DNA of 64,000 nt, taken from assembly GCA_963815455.1 (NCBI GenBank), contig CAWFGO010000002.1:652708-716707 (forward strand), written 5' to 3'. Source of the stretch: an uncultured Verrucomicrobiae bacterium. GTDB taxonomy: Bacteria; Verrucomicrobiota; Verrucomicrobiia; Chthoniobacterales; UBA10450. Shown here in pieces: positions 30,275-40,875 of the stretch. The first letter of the stretch is position 1. Every line of letters begins with the position of its first letter. The notes under the pieces are model-generated. The model saw only the letters and a program-made list of their open reading frames with translations, did not search any database and was not told the origin of the DNA. Made by a program: the position numbers and the translations under genes.

Positions 30275-31401
30275 CGCGATCGTCAAAAATTTTGCAGATC
30301 GTGCCGCGGCCGCCGGGAATGCAGGACGGCGTGGGAGATTATGCTTTGACCGTCTCCCGTAAACTGCGTGATCGTTTCGATTGTCAGACAATCTTTGCTG
30401 CCCCGGCAACGTCTGTAGGGGAACCTGCTTGCCACGCCGAAGCCGAGCGAAGGCGGGACAGCTTCCCCCGCGATTTCGAGATCCTGCCGCTATCTGGTTC
30501 GCTAGCCGCCAAAGAATTCGATCACGTTATCCTCCATTACGTGAACTACGGCTATCAAAAGCGCGGCGTTCCGTTTGGATTATTGTCGATCCTGCGGCAA
30601 TTGCGCCGCCAGTGCTCGGGTCGTTTGCTCACAGTTTTTCATGAGCTCTATGCCTCCGGCCCGCCGTGGCGCAGCGCCTTCTGGTTGCGCCCGTTTCAAA
30701 AGCACATCGCGCGGCGGATCGCTCAAATTTCCGACACAGCAATCGTCAGCAGTGAAACGATGCTGGCACAGCTCCAGAACTCGACGCCGGTCGCAAACGC
30801 ACGCGTCCATCCCGTTTTCTCGAATTTTGGCGAACCAACGCTGACTCGCGAGCAACTCGCAGATCGGTCGCCGCATCGCTGGGCGATTTGCGGCGGCACA
30901 ACATTAGTCGAACGCTCCCTGCGGTCGTTTCGAACGATCTCGAAGCGAATTCCCGAGCAATCTTTTCCACGCCAATTGTTCGTGCTCGGCGGGAAGCCCA
31001 ATCCAGCAATTCGAGCGCTCATTGTCGATCTTCCAAACCTGGAAATCGATTACCGTCCTCAAGTTGCCGCCGCCGAAGCATCGGAGATTCTTTCATCCTG
31101 CGCATTCGCCTGGCTCGATTATTTCCACCGCGCCGATGTGCCGACCGATGCGGTGCTCAAGTCCAGTGCTTTCGCCGCGGCCTGCGCGCATGGCGTTATC
31201 ACGATTTTCCCGAATGTCAGTTCAGCGATCGGAATCGATAACGATCGATTACCCGGCCCATATTTTGTCGACTCAACTCGGGTCGAATTGCCACGAGACC
31301 AATCGAAAGCCGCATCGGAAACTTATGACTGGTACCTGCGCCGCGCGGCGTCATCTCATGTTGTGCGCGGCATTGCCGGCGCGCTCGGCTTAGGCGCATG
31401 A
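30271..31401 (+). CDS. Glycosyltransferase (GT-B-like) with in-frame nested repeat insertion
   Basis: DGVGDYA, HYVNYGY, VFHELYA, KSSAFAA. Confidence 0.75.
   Translation: MTRSSKILQIVPRPPGMQDGVGDYALTVSRKLRDRFDCQTIFAAPATSVGEPACHAEAERRRDSFPRDFEILPLSGSLAAKEFDHVILHYVNYGYQKRGVPFGLLSILRQLRRQCSGRLLTVFHELYASGPPWRSAFWLRPFQKHIARRIAQISDTAIVSSETMLAQLQNSTPVANARVHPVFSNFGEPTLTREQLADRSPHRWAICGGTTLVERSLRSFRTISKRIPEQSFPRQLFVLGGKPNPAIRALIVDLPNLEIDYRPQVAAAEASEILSSCAFAWLDYFHRADVPTDAVLKSSAFAAACAHGVITIFPNVSSAIGIDNDRLPGPYFVDSTRVELPRDQSKAASETYDWYLRRAASSHVVRGIAGALGLGA
30414..30468. repeat. REP palindrome interrupted by a 30-bp second element
   Basis: TGTAGGGGAACCTG[CTTGCCACGCCGAAGCCGAGCGAAGGCGGG]ACAGCTTCCCC; outer part matches 3193-3216. 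Confidence 0.75.
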
Positions 31402-32384
31402 AACAGAACCGAATCGAATTGGTTGCGGTCATTAATTCTTTCAACCGGAGGGAACTGCTGGAGAAGGCAATCGCCTCGCTCACGTTCGCTTTGCGAAAGG
31501 CGCCTTTCCATTCGGCTATCGTCGTGTTTGAAGCGGGCTCCACCGATGGCAGTGCTGAGTTTCTAAATAATTGGCGTGACCAGAATCCCGAGGACAATCT
31601 CGCCGTCGTTACGGCTCCGCCGCAGACCTCGTCTTTCGCGGACGGCGCAAATGCCGGATGCGCCACCGCTATTGCGCGCTTCCCCGATTGCCGCTGGCTG
31701 TTCCTTTATGAGACCGACAACTGGCTGGCCGATGTCGATCCTCTCATCAATGCCATTTCGCTTCTCGAAGCGCAGCCACAACTCGCGGCCGCGGGTTTTA
31801 CCGTGAGATTGCACAATGGCCAACCGTGCGGCTACGGGATTCGTTTTCCAAGCAGACTGTCGTTAGTGATGGGGCAGAATCTTTCGCTTCACTGGAATCT
31901 CAATTCGCCCAACGATTCGCCCTGGCAAATGACCGATAACATTCGCTGGCGCACGTGCGATGTCGTGTTTACCAGCCCGCTGGTTATCCGCCGTCTCGTC
32001 TGGGAGAAAACCGGCGGATTCGACGCGAAGTCATTCCCATTCTCGGATAGCGACGTCGATTGGGCCTGGCGCTGTGCAGAGGCCGGATGGAAAATGGCGG
32101 TGCTCGAGACCAACGCGGTGATTCACGATAATTTGCGACAAGCATCCCCCTGGTCGGCGACGCGCGTAATTGATTTTCACCGTGGCCGTCTTCGGGTCCT
32201 CAGGAGTCATCGAAGAAGCCTGTATGTCCTCATTAAGCCGGCGCTCTTTCTCCGGCACTGCGCTGAAACAATAGTCCTCGCATGGAAGACCCGTTCAGAT
32301 CCCAGTGCACGGCAGAAACTAGCGAGTCGAAAGCAAATGTTGCAAACCGTCTGGACTGATTATTCCGGGCGCCCTCGCTCATGA
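31398..32384 (+). CDS. Glycosyltransferase family 2
   Basis: INSFNR, EAGSTDGS, TGGFD, DVDWAWR. Confidence 0.85.
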   Translation: MKQNRIELVAVINSFNRRELLEKAIASLTFALRKAPFHSAIVVFEAGSTDGSAEFLNNWRDQNPEDNLAVVTAPPQTSSFADGANAGCATAIARFPDCRWLFLYETDNWLADVDPLINAISLLEAQPQLAAAGFTVRLHNGQPCGYGIRFPSRLSLVMGQNLSLHWNLNSPNDSPWQMTDNIRWRTCDVVFTSPLVIRRLVWEKTGGFDAKSFPFSDSDVDWAWRCAEAGWKMAVLETNAVIHDNLRQASPWSATRVIDFHRGRLRVLRSHRRSLYVLIKPALFLRHCAETIVLAWKTRSDPSARQKLASRKQMLQTVWTDYSGRPRS

Positions 32385-32487
32385 TTTTTTCGCCTTGTCA
32401 AAGGGTTGGCTTTCTACTCAAGGCACTCTGGCCATGTGTGGTCGATGATTTTGCGACTCATTTCGGCTGGCGCACCATCTCCGAGAG

Positions 32488-33708
32488 ATGATCGCTTCCG
32501 CGCTACGCGACCTGATCCGCCGCGAAAAGTGGCGGCTACGGTCCCTAAAGACGCTCGTCTTGCCCCTCCGGAAAATGAAGCGCGGGATTGTGAAGTTTTC
32601 TCGCGCGCTACGCGGAAAACCAACACTGCGAATCGAAAGATCGACAATCGCCTATCTCGAGTCGCACCTGTCCGGCTCGGTGACCAAACTCCATTCCGCG
32701 GAACACGTCATTGCTCTGCCGCCTCCGTTTCCGCAATCCATCTCTGACGCGGAAAGCAATTTAGCGGAGCCCGCCTACCTCTTCGAACTTCGCGACATTG
32801 ACTTTTGGGCGCGCTATGGCGGATCCGTTGCGACTCCTGATGGCGCGCTGCTCGCTGACCTTTCACCGGAAGTCTGGGGCGTTGAGAATCATCCGATCTT
32901 CTCCACATTCCGACTCCCGTGGGCGAGGTCGCTTGATGGGCGTACGGCAATTCTGATCACGCCGGAAGCGCGGGGGAATTACTACCACTGGCTTGTCGAC
33001 CTTCTGCCGCGTGCGCTTCTCCTGCGAACCGCGTCGGGAGGTTTTCAAGGTTTCGATCGCATCCTCATCAATGGCTCGCATGCTTCTTACGAGGAGCACT
33101 CACTCCGCGCGGCCGGGGTGCCGCTAAATAAATTGGTTTACGTCGATTCAAGAGATCGTTTCCAAATCGCACAGGCCGTGATCCCATCCATGGATCATTC
33201 GTCCAAAATCGTCGCGCCCTGGAAAATTCGTGATCTCCATTGTGTGGCGGATGCAATCCGAGAGGTTGACCCCGGCCTGCGGCGTTCGGGGCCCGCAGCT
33301 AAAAAGATTTATGTTTCACGCAAACGCGCGGCTGTCCGCCGGTTGTTGAATGAAGAGGCGTTGATTCCCCTCTTTGAGAAAGCCGGTTTTACCGTGATTG
33401 AGTTGGAGTTGCTTCCGTGGGTCGAGCAGATGCGGTTGTTCTCGAATGCAGAGATCATCCTGACTCCCCATGGCGCAGCCCTCGCCAACATCGCTTTCTG
33501 TAGGCCTGGCACCATGGTTGCAGAAATCGGAACCCGGGCAGGTTATCTTGATTTCTACCTGCATCTCGCCGCGTCGGCGCAGCTGCGATACCATTTTCTC
33601 GAAGCACACCCTCGGAGTCCGGTGCGCAGGGATTCCCTCCGCGCCTACGAAAACGAGGACATGATCATAGACGGAGCTGATCTGAAGAATTTTCTACGCG
33701 AACTGTAA
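32488..33708 (+). CDS. Glycosyltransferase family 61 (DUF563)
   Basis: NYYHWLVDLLPR, YVSRK, RRLLNE, PHGAALANIAF. Confidence 0.88.
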   Translation: MIASALRDLIRREKWRLRSLKTLVLPLRKMKRGIVKFSRALRGKPTLRIERSTIAYLESHLSGSVTKLHSAEHVIALPPPFPQSISDAESNLAEPAYLFELRDIDFWARYGGSVATPDGALLADLSPEVWGVENHPIFSTFRLPWARSLDGRTAILITPEARGNYYHWLVDLLPRALLLRTASGGFQGFDRILINGSHASYEEHSLRAAGVPLNKLVYVDSRDRFQIAQAVIPSMDHSSKIVAPWKIRDLHCVADAIREVDPGLRRSGPAAKKIYVSRKRAAVRRLLNEEALIPLFEKAGFTVIELELLPWVEQMRLFSNAEIILTPHGAALANIAFCRPGTMVAEIGTRAGYLDFYLHLAASAQLRYHFLEAHPRSPVRRDSLRAYENEDMIIDGADLKNFLREL

Positions 33709-33710
33709 CG

Positions 33711-34571
33711 ATGAATCCGTGGAAACAATTCGGCCGGAAATCATTGCGCCGGATCTTGAAATCGTTGGTCGAACATGCGCTACCAGCGGGGGAACTGCTG
33801 ACTGGTTTTCAAACTGCGAAGGGCGATTATTTGCCTAATCGGCTGCGCATCCTATTTGGCAGTTATGAAGCAGAAGAAAGGCGTCTGATGCGTCCGTTCC
33901 TCCATCCCGGCCAGACAATTCTGGATGTCGGAGCAAATGTCGGTTACTTGACGCGCTTCCTGGCTGGCACCACGGGACCAAACGGCAGAGTTTACGCCTT
34001 TGAGCCTAATCCACTCATTTTCCCCATGCTCGAAAGGAACACAGCGTCGTTTCCTCAAGTCAGGGCGATGAATTACGGTCTTTCCATGAAAAGGACAGAG
34101 TCCACGCTTTTTTTTGCTAATGCTCGACATTCGGCCGGCTCTTTCGCCGCAGAATTCCCCGCCTCTCATGTTTTTCATGAGGAGACAACAGTGCTAACTG
34201 CGGTGCAGGCGCAGTTGGTCAATGGCGATCAATTCATGGCCGAGCAGGGAGTGGATAAAATCGATATCCTCAAGATCGACGTGGAAGGCTGGGAACTGAA
34301 TGTGCTGCGCGGATTGGAAAAAACAATCGCGGGGTCGCCCCACATCGCGATCTTTTGCGAACTTAACCGGGCCGCACAAAAGTGCGCAGGCTATCGACCC
34401 GAACAGTTGCCCGCCTGGTTTTGGGACCGGAATTTTACCCTGACCGCTCCGCAACATCATGGCTTACACGAGCTGTCTCGTCACACGATCGCTCAATGGA
34501 TTGAGCAATTGCCGGCGCCCGGTTACACGACTCTTTTTGCGTCGCGTGGTCCGGGCCAGTTTCCCAACTGA
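33711..34571 (+). CDS. FkbM-family methyltransferase
   Basis: LDVGANVG, AFEP, LKIDVEGWE. Confidence 0.9.
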   Translation: MNPWKQFGRKSLRRILKSLVEHALPAGELLTGFQTAKGDYLPNRLRILFGSYEAEERRLMRPFLHPGQTILDVGANVGYLTRFLAGTTGPNGRVYAFEPNPLIFPMLERNTASFPQVRAMNYGLSMKRTESTLFFANARHSAGSFAAEFPASHVFHEETTVLTAVQAQLVNGDQFMAEQGVDKIDILKIDVEGWELNVLRGLEKTIAGSPHIAIFCELNRAAQKCAGYRPEQLPAWFWDRNFTLTAPQHHGLHELSRHTIAQWIEQLPAPGYTTLFASRGPGQFPN

Positions 34572-35623
34572 TGAAGATTCTTTTTTCATCTTACGCCTAT
34601 CGCGCCTAATGTCGGCGGCATTGAGTCGGTTTCGGCGATCCTGGCCGAGAAATTCGCGGAGGCGGGGCACGACGTAGAACTCATCACTGAGACTCATGAA
34701 GAAGAAAACGCCCAACGATCCAACACAATGTCCAACGTCGAACTGAAGACGCTGGACAGGAAATATCGCATTATGCGAGAGCCTTCATTATCGGAAACTG
34801 CTCCGGCTTCTTTCCGGGTGCGACATGCTTGTTTCAAAATAACATCAGTCTGCGCAGCTTGATTCCCGCGTTGCTCCTGCGAAAACGCGTCATCGTGGTT
34901 CATCAGACCTGGTTGCGCGGCCCGACCGGTAAAATCGGGTGGAACAATCGGATCAAGCGCGCTCTGTTGCCGCGCGTCACGAATGTCGCGATTAGCGAGG
35001 CCATTCGCGAGCACATTGGTTTGCCAGCTACTGTTATTGGAAATCCGTACGACGATCGGGTTTTCCGATTGCTTCCCGTCGCCCGAGATAAGACGCTCGT
35101 GTTTCTCGGACGCCTCGTTTCCGATAAAGGCGCCGATCTCCTTCTGCGGGCGATGAAGATTCTCTCTGACGACGGAATCAGGCCCGATCTGACAATCATT
35201 GGCCGCGGCCCCGAAGAGCAAAATTTGCGGAACCAGGCGCGCGATCTCGGGTTGAATGGACAGGTGACTTTCGCCGGTCAGAGATCTGGGCACGAGCTCG
35301 CCGATCTGCTCAATCGGCATCGAATAATGGTCGTCCCGTCGCGCTGGCCTGAGCCATTTGGAATTGTCGCTTTGGAGGGAATTGCCTGCGGCTGCGCGGT
35401 GATTGGATCGAAAGATGGCGGACTCGCGGAAGCGATTGGTCCCTGCGGAATGACTTTTGAAAACGGAAACGAACACGCCCTTGCCGAATGTTTGAAAGAA
35501 GTGGTGCTAGAGCCGGAATGCGCCGGGAGATTTCTTCGGGAAGCTCCGGCCCATCTTGATCGATTCACGGCACAAACGGTGGCGAATGCCTATTGCCAAC
35601 TGCTGAAAAGCGCCGCGTCATGA
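34571..35623 (+). CDS. Glycosyltransferase family 4; frameshifted near the N-terminus
   Basis: MKILFSSY..PNVGGIE; FLGRLVSDKG; PSRWPEPFGIVALE. Confidence 0.85.
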
Positions 35624-36390
35624 AAATTAAACAAGTCCTGAAGAAATTGGCTCCGCCGATTTTGCTGGAAGGTTACCGGAAATTTCAGCGGCGACGGCAG
35701 AAGAACCGGAATGCCGGGAAAACCACGGAGCAGATATTTACAGAGATCTATGCCGCCAATCAATGGGCGCCCGACTCCGAAGGCTTCGACTCAGGGGCTG
35801 GCTCGTCGGACCAACGGATTACCGGCGCTTATGTTCGAGCAGTGCGCGACTGGTTGAAGACCATCGATTCAACCAAGCTGACCATTGTCGATCTTGGCTG
35901 CGGAGATTTTCACGTGGGACGGCAGTTGGTCGACTGCTGCGCGCGGTATGTGGGAGTCGACATCGTGAAACCGCTGATCGATTTTAACACTGCGCAATTT
36001 GCTTCGCCCACGGTTGAGTTCCTTCACCTAAATATCTTGAAGGATCCGCTCCCGGACGGAGGCGTCTGTTTCCTGCGCCAGGTATTGCAGCATCTCTCCA
36101 ATGATCAGATTCAAACCGTTCTGAACCGGTTGAATAAATATCGATGGACGCTGATCACGGAACATCAGCCGTCCACGGCGTATTTTCGCCAGGCAAATCG
36201 GGACAAACCTCACGGCGCGGATATTCGCCTGTTCGATCATTCCGGCGTTTTTTTGGATCAGCCGCCGTTTAATGTGCCGCGGGAACGTCTCAAGCTCTTG
36301 CTCGAAGTGAATGGCCACGCCTTTCCCGCCTGGCCCGATCCCGGCGTGATCCGAACCTACGTGCTTACGCAAGATACCGAGACAGCGTGA
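35620..36390 (+). CDS. Class I SAM-dependent methyltransferase
   Basis: IFTEIY..NQW, SGAGS, VDLGCGD, RQVLQHL. Confidence 0.85.
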   Translation: MKIKQVLKKLAPPILLEGYRKFQRRRQKNRNAGKTTEQIFTEIYAANQWAPDSEGFDSGAGSSDQRITGAYVRAVRDWLKTIDSTKLTIVDLGCGDFHVGRQLVDCCARYVGVDIVKPLIDFNTAQFASPTVEFLHLNILKDPLPDGGVCFLRQVLQHLSNDQIQTVLNRLNKYRWTLITEHQPSTAYFRQANRDKPHGADIRLFDHSGVFLDQPPFNVPRERLKLLLEVNGHAFPAWPDPGVIRTYVLTQDTETA

Positions 36391-37580
36391 TGATCCTGCT
36401 CTCGCATCCTACCGGAAATGAAAATGTCCGACAGGCCCTGGTGGCTTTCGAGAAGGCCGGATTACTGGGCGAATTCTGGACAACGCTGAATTGGAATCCA
36501 GACGGCGTCATTCATCGGTTTCTTCCTCACGCTCTCCAGCAGCTATTGAGTCGCCGCTCATATCCGGCATCGATCCGGACGCGCATTCACACGGTTCCGT
36601 TGCGTGAAATCGCACGACTGCTCGGCGGCACGTTTAGCATGGATGCCGTCTCAACTTCATTGGACGACAAAGTCGCCGCGCGTCTTCGCAAGATCGACCG
36701 GATCAAAATGATTTATGCGTACGAAGACGCCGCGCTGCGAAGTTTCCGAGCCGCGGCGGAGCGGGGAATTTCTCGCGTTTACGATTTGCCGATCGGTTAC
36801 TGGCGAGTGGCCCAGCGCATTTTCGCCGAGGAGAAAGAACGCGAGCCGGAATGGGCGTCGTACGTTGACCGGAATCCGCGACAGCGCTGAAAAGCTCGCG
36901 CGCAAAGACGAGGAATTGAGCCTGGCGCAACGGGTAATCGTGGCCAGCACATTTACCAAGACCACCCTTTCCGAAGCACCAGGCCATCCGAAGATCGACA
37001 TCATTCCGTATGGCGCGGCGAAAACGGTCTCCGTCCGAAATCCGAAAACCGGATGGTCCGCTAAAAGTGCTTTTCGTGGGCGCGTTAGGCCAGCGCAAAG
37101 GCGTGTCTTATCTTCTCCGGGCGGTCGCGCTCCTGAAAGACTCTGTCGAGCTGACATTGCTGGGCCGGAAAAGCTGCCCCCGATTGTCGCCCGCTGGAGG
37201 CGGCCACGCGAAAATATCGCTGGATTCCGAGTCTGGATCACGCCGGTGTCTTGCACGAAATGCACAACCACGACCTCCTCGTTTTTCCCTCGCTGTTCGA
37301 GGGTTTCGGACTGGTCGTTCTGGAAGCGATGGCCCAGGGCACGCCCGTTATTACCACCGGGCACACCTGCGGCCCGGATATCATCGAGGACGGGACCGAC
37401 GGATTTATCGTCCCGATTCGATCCGCCGAGGCGATTGCCGAGAAGATCGACATCCTGGCCGGGGACCGCGAACGCCTGATGGCGATGAAAATCGCCGCCC
37501 GCCGCAAAGCGGAATCGCATCCATGGGAAATTTATCGTCAACGGCTCGTTAAAATGGCACGAGAAGTGATCGCAGAGTAA
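36387..37580 (+). CDS. Glycosyltransferase family 4; several frameshifts
   Basis: LSHPTGNENVR; LFVGALGQRKG; FPSLFEGFGLVVLEAMAQG in successive frames. Confidence 0.85.
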
Positions 37581-37592
37581 GATGCCCAGTTC

Positions 37593-39101
37593 ATGAGAGC
37601 AGCTTCTACAAATCGCGCCCAAGGACCGTTCCCGTCGTTCCGCGCTCTTACTGTCGATCGCAGCAAGAAGGTCCGCCTCGTGGGCTGGTTAATCATGGTT
37701 TACATCGTCCTGCTGATGATCGAAGGCGCGTTGCGCAAATGGGTCGCGCCGGGGTTATCAAACCCGCTTCTGGTCATTCGCGATCCGGTTCTGGTCTTGA
37801 TCTACTTCATGGCTTTTCGGGCACGCGTGTTCCCGCGCAACAACTACGTGGTTTCCATCGCCATCATCGGCTTTCTCTCCCTGGCCATGAGCCTTTTTAT
37901 TCTCTCCGATTACATCATGTCGTTGTCGCTTTGGGTAACGGTGCTTTACGGATTCCGTTCCAATTTTCTTCACATGCCGCTTATCTTCTTAATGGCAAAC
38001 GTTTTTGACGAGGACGACGTGAAGCGAATCGGCTGGTGGATGCTCCTCGGCATGATTCCGATGGCTCTTCTCATGGTGGCGCAGTTCCAGGCGTCGCCTG
38101 ATTCGTTCATTAACGGCACCGCCGGCATGGAGGAAGGCGCGGAGCAACTCTCACCGGCCGGAGGCAAAATACGGCCGGCCGGCACATTCTCCTTTATCTC
38201 GGGTCCGATCTTTTATTGCAGCGTAGTCGCTGCGTTTTTGCTCCACGGAATGCTTTCGCGCGGCTCCTACAAAATCTGGCTCGTTGCTTCCGGCGGGAGT
38301 TGCATTGGCGGTTGCCGTTGGCGTTTCCGGCAGTCGGGCCTGCGTGATGTCCGTGCTTTTGGTTGTTGCCGCGATGCTCATTATTTTTGTGCTTCGGCCA
38401 CAGGCGGTCAATCAGTTTGGCCGGCTTTTTCTCATCGGCCTCGTTGCCGATGGTCGTTATCTCGAGGCTGCCCGTTTTTAAGGAAGGCATCAACGTTCTT
38501 TCCGAGCGTTTTACCTTAAGCGCCGAGGTTGAGGAAACCACCGTAGCCAAAGGCATGATCAATCGTGTGCTGGAAGGATTTACCGAATCGCTAACCAATC
38601 TCGATAAGTTTCCGGCCGGCGGTTACGGACTTGGGATCGGCACGAACGTGGAGCTCATTACCTCATTGGAGGCCCCGCATTTCTTCTCTCCGAGAAAGAG
38701 TGGACGCGAGTGTTATACGAAAGCGGCCCGCTTTTGGGGCTGGCATTCCTTTTCTGGCGTGTCGCGCTAACCGTTCGCCTCGGCTATCTCAGCATTGTTG
38801 CCCTCCGAGACACGAAATTCCACTCTGCCGCTTCTTTTGTTTAGCTCGGTGTTTTTCATTTTACTGGATGGACAGCTCGGCCAGCCGACGACTCTTGGTT
38901 TTGTCGTTGTTCTAAGCGGTCTTTGTTTGGCCTCGATGCGAAAAGCCGAAAGACAAGACTGAAGAAGCTGGGCTTTCGGCAGACGAATCGCTTATTCCCG
39001 CGCCCACGCCGAAACCTCTCCCGCGTCGTTCGCCCTACGCCACCCGGCTCCACGGCCCGAACCTGGATCCCGACCCAAACAATGGTTTTGTTGATCGGTA
39101 A
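37593..39101 (+). CDS. Putative Wzy-like polysaccharide polymerase; several frameshifts
   Basis: IEGALRKW, RPAGTFSF, GSR, GYGLGIGTN, GQLGQPT; multi-TM protein in the EPS cluster. Confidence 0.65.
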
Positions 39102-40209
39102 TTATTCGCCCGATCAGCAGCAAAGCATGCAGCGCTTCAGTTCCATGATGCTGCATGGTCTGACAACCATCGGCCTCACGGCCGAATTGATCCAGCCCGA
39201 GTCGGTCCTGGGAAATTTCGAATCAGCCGGCCGGTTTATTGGCAAGTGGCTCGGTTACATCGACAAGTTCATTTTGTTCCCGCGCCGGTTGAAACAGGCC
39301 CTCGCGAAAAATCCGGCGATCGTTCACATCTGCGATCATTCCAACGCAGTATACGTCAGCCGGTGCCACAATGTGCCGGTTGTGGTCACGTGCCATGATC
39401 TCCTGGCCGTGCGCGGCGCTCTTGGCGAAAACACCGATTGCCCGGCATCGCTCACCGGTCGGTTCTTGCAGCGCTGGATTCTTAGCGGTCTGCGGCACGC
39501 GACAGTTGTCGCTTGTGTCTCGCGTGCAACCGCCAGCGATGCCGAGCGTCTGGTCAAGCGCCGAAGCGATCGGCCCCGGATCGACATCGTGTCTCTGGGT
39601 TTAAACTATCCGTATCAAAAACTTTCGCCCGAGCTGGCGCGTGCCCAACTCGCGAAGATCGACCGATTCGATGTCGATCTTCCGTTTGTTCTGCATGTCG
39701 GTTCAAATCAACCCCGCAAAAATCGCGACGCGGTGTTGCGCATTTTTGCGCGGTGCAAGGAGAAATGGAACGGCCGGCTGGTTTTCGCCGGAGATCGCCT
39801 GAATGCGGAATTAATGTCGCTGGCCCAAACACTGGGCGTAGCCAACCGCGTGACTCAATTGGAAAATCCCGACAGCAGCTTACTCGAAACTCTGTATAAC
39901 TGCGCGGCCGCGCTGTTGTATCCGTCGCGCTTTGAAGGATTCGGCTGGCCCATTATCGAAGCGCAAGCCTGTGGTTGTCCGGTGATTTGCAGCGATTCAG
40001 GACCGCTTCCTGAAGCGGCGGGCGAGGCCGGACTTTTTCACGATGTGGCCGATGAAGAAGGATTCGCCGCCGATCTGCTCCGGCTCACCGATCCCCAAGA
40101 ACGCGCGCGTTGGCGTGAAAAAAGTTTGCAGAATGCGCAAAGATTCTCGACCAAGAACATGATCGCGCAGTACATCGACATCTACCGAACCCTGGGAGCG
40201 AAGTTGTGA
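39082..40209 (+). CDS. Glycosyltransferase family 4
   Basis: TCHDL, PRKN, YPSRFEGFGWPIIEAQACG. Confidence 0.88.
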   Translation: MVLLIGNYSPDQQQSMQRFSSMMLHGLTTIGLTAELIQPESVLGNFESAGRFIGKWLGYIDKFILFPRRLKQALAKNPAIVHICDHSNAVYVSRCHNVPVVVTCHDLLAVRGALGENTDCPASLTGRFLQRWILSGLRHATVVACVSRATASDAERLVKRRSDRPRIDIVSLGLNYPYQKLSPELARAQLAKIDRFDVDLPFVLHVGSNQPRKNRDAVLRIFARCKEKWNGRLVFAGDRLNAELMSLAQTLGVANRVTQLENPDSSLLETLYNCAAALLYPSRFEGFGWPIIEAQACGCPVICSDSGPLPEAAGEAGLFHDVADEEGFAADLLRLTDPQERARWREKSLQNAQRFSTKNMIAQYIDIYRTLGAKL

Positions 40210-40871
40210 AACAGATCGTGATACTGCTCAGTTTTTTTCTGCCCTGGGCGATGCGCCGCTCGTTTCTGGAAAAGCAATTGGGCTACAGGATTCATCCGAC
40301 TTGCCGGATTGGGTTTTCCTGGGTTCTGCCGACTCGCCTGATCATGGAAGAAGGCAGTGCCATCGGTCATCTGACCATGTGCAAAAATATCGACCTGCTC
40401 CATTTGCACGCCCATGCAACAATCGGCCGCGGTAATTGGATCACCGGGTTTCCCCTCGGCCCCTCGCGCCATTTCGCCCAGGAAAAGGATCGACTGCCAC
40501 AGCTGATCCTGGGCGAACATTCGGCCATCACCCATCGGCATCTGATTGACTGCACCAACTCGGTCATGATCGGCAAGTTCACCACCTTCGCCGGATTTCA
40601 ATCACAGATCGTGACTCATAGCATCGACATCGAAAAGAATTGTCAGGCTTCGGCCCCGGTCCGAATTGGCGACTACTGCTTCGTCGGCACAAACTGCGTT
40701 TTGCTCGGCGGCAGCGCGCTCCCGGATTTTTCGGTGCTCGGCGCGAAATCCTTGTTAAACAAAAGTTTTACCGAATCGTATCAGCTCTACGGCGGCGTTC
40801 CGGCGCGGCCCATCGAGAAATTGTCGCCGGATTGCGCGTATTTTCGGCGGACGGAAGGTTTCGTTATTTAG
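40206..40871 (+). CDS. Hexapeptide-repeat acyltransferase
   Basis: IGDYCFVG..., GGVPARPI. Confidence 0.85.
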   Translation: MKQIVILLSFFLPWAMRRSFLEKQLGYRIHPTCRIGFSWVLPTRLIMEEGSAIGHLTMCKNIDLLHLHAHATIGRGNWITGFPLGPSRHFAQEKDRLPQLILGEHSAITHRHLIDCTNSVMIGKFTTFAGFQSQIVTHSIDIEKNCQASAPVRIGDYCFVGTNCVLLGGSALPDFSVLGAKSLLNKSFTESYQLYGGVPARPIEKLSPDCAYFRRTEGFVI

Positions 40872-40875
40872 CGTC

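Noticed and set aside
33262..33300. GTTGACCCCGG-containing segment in the GT61 gene as another coding REP
   Set aside because: Only 11 bp match, with no GTAG end or clear doublet.
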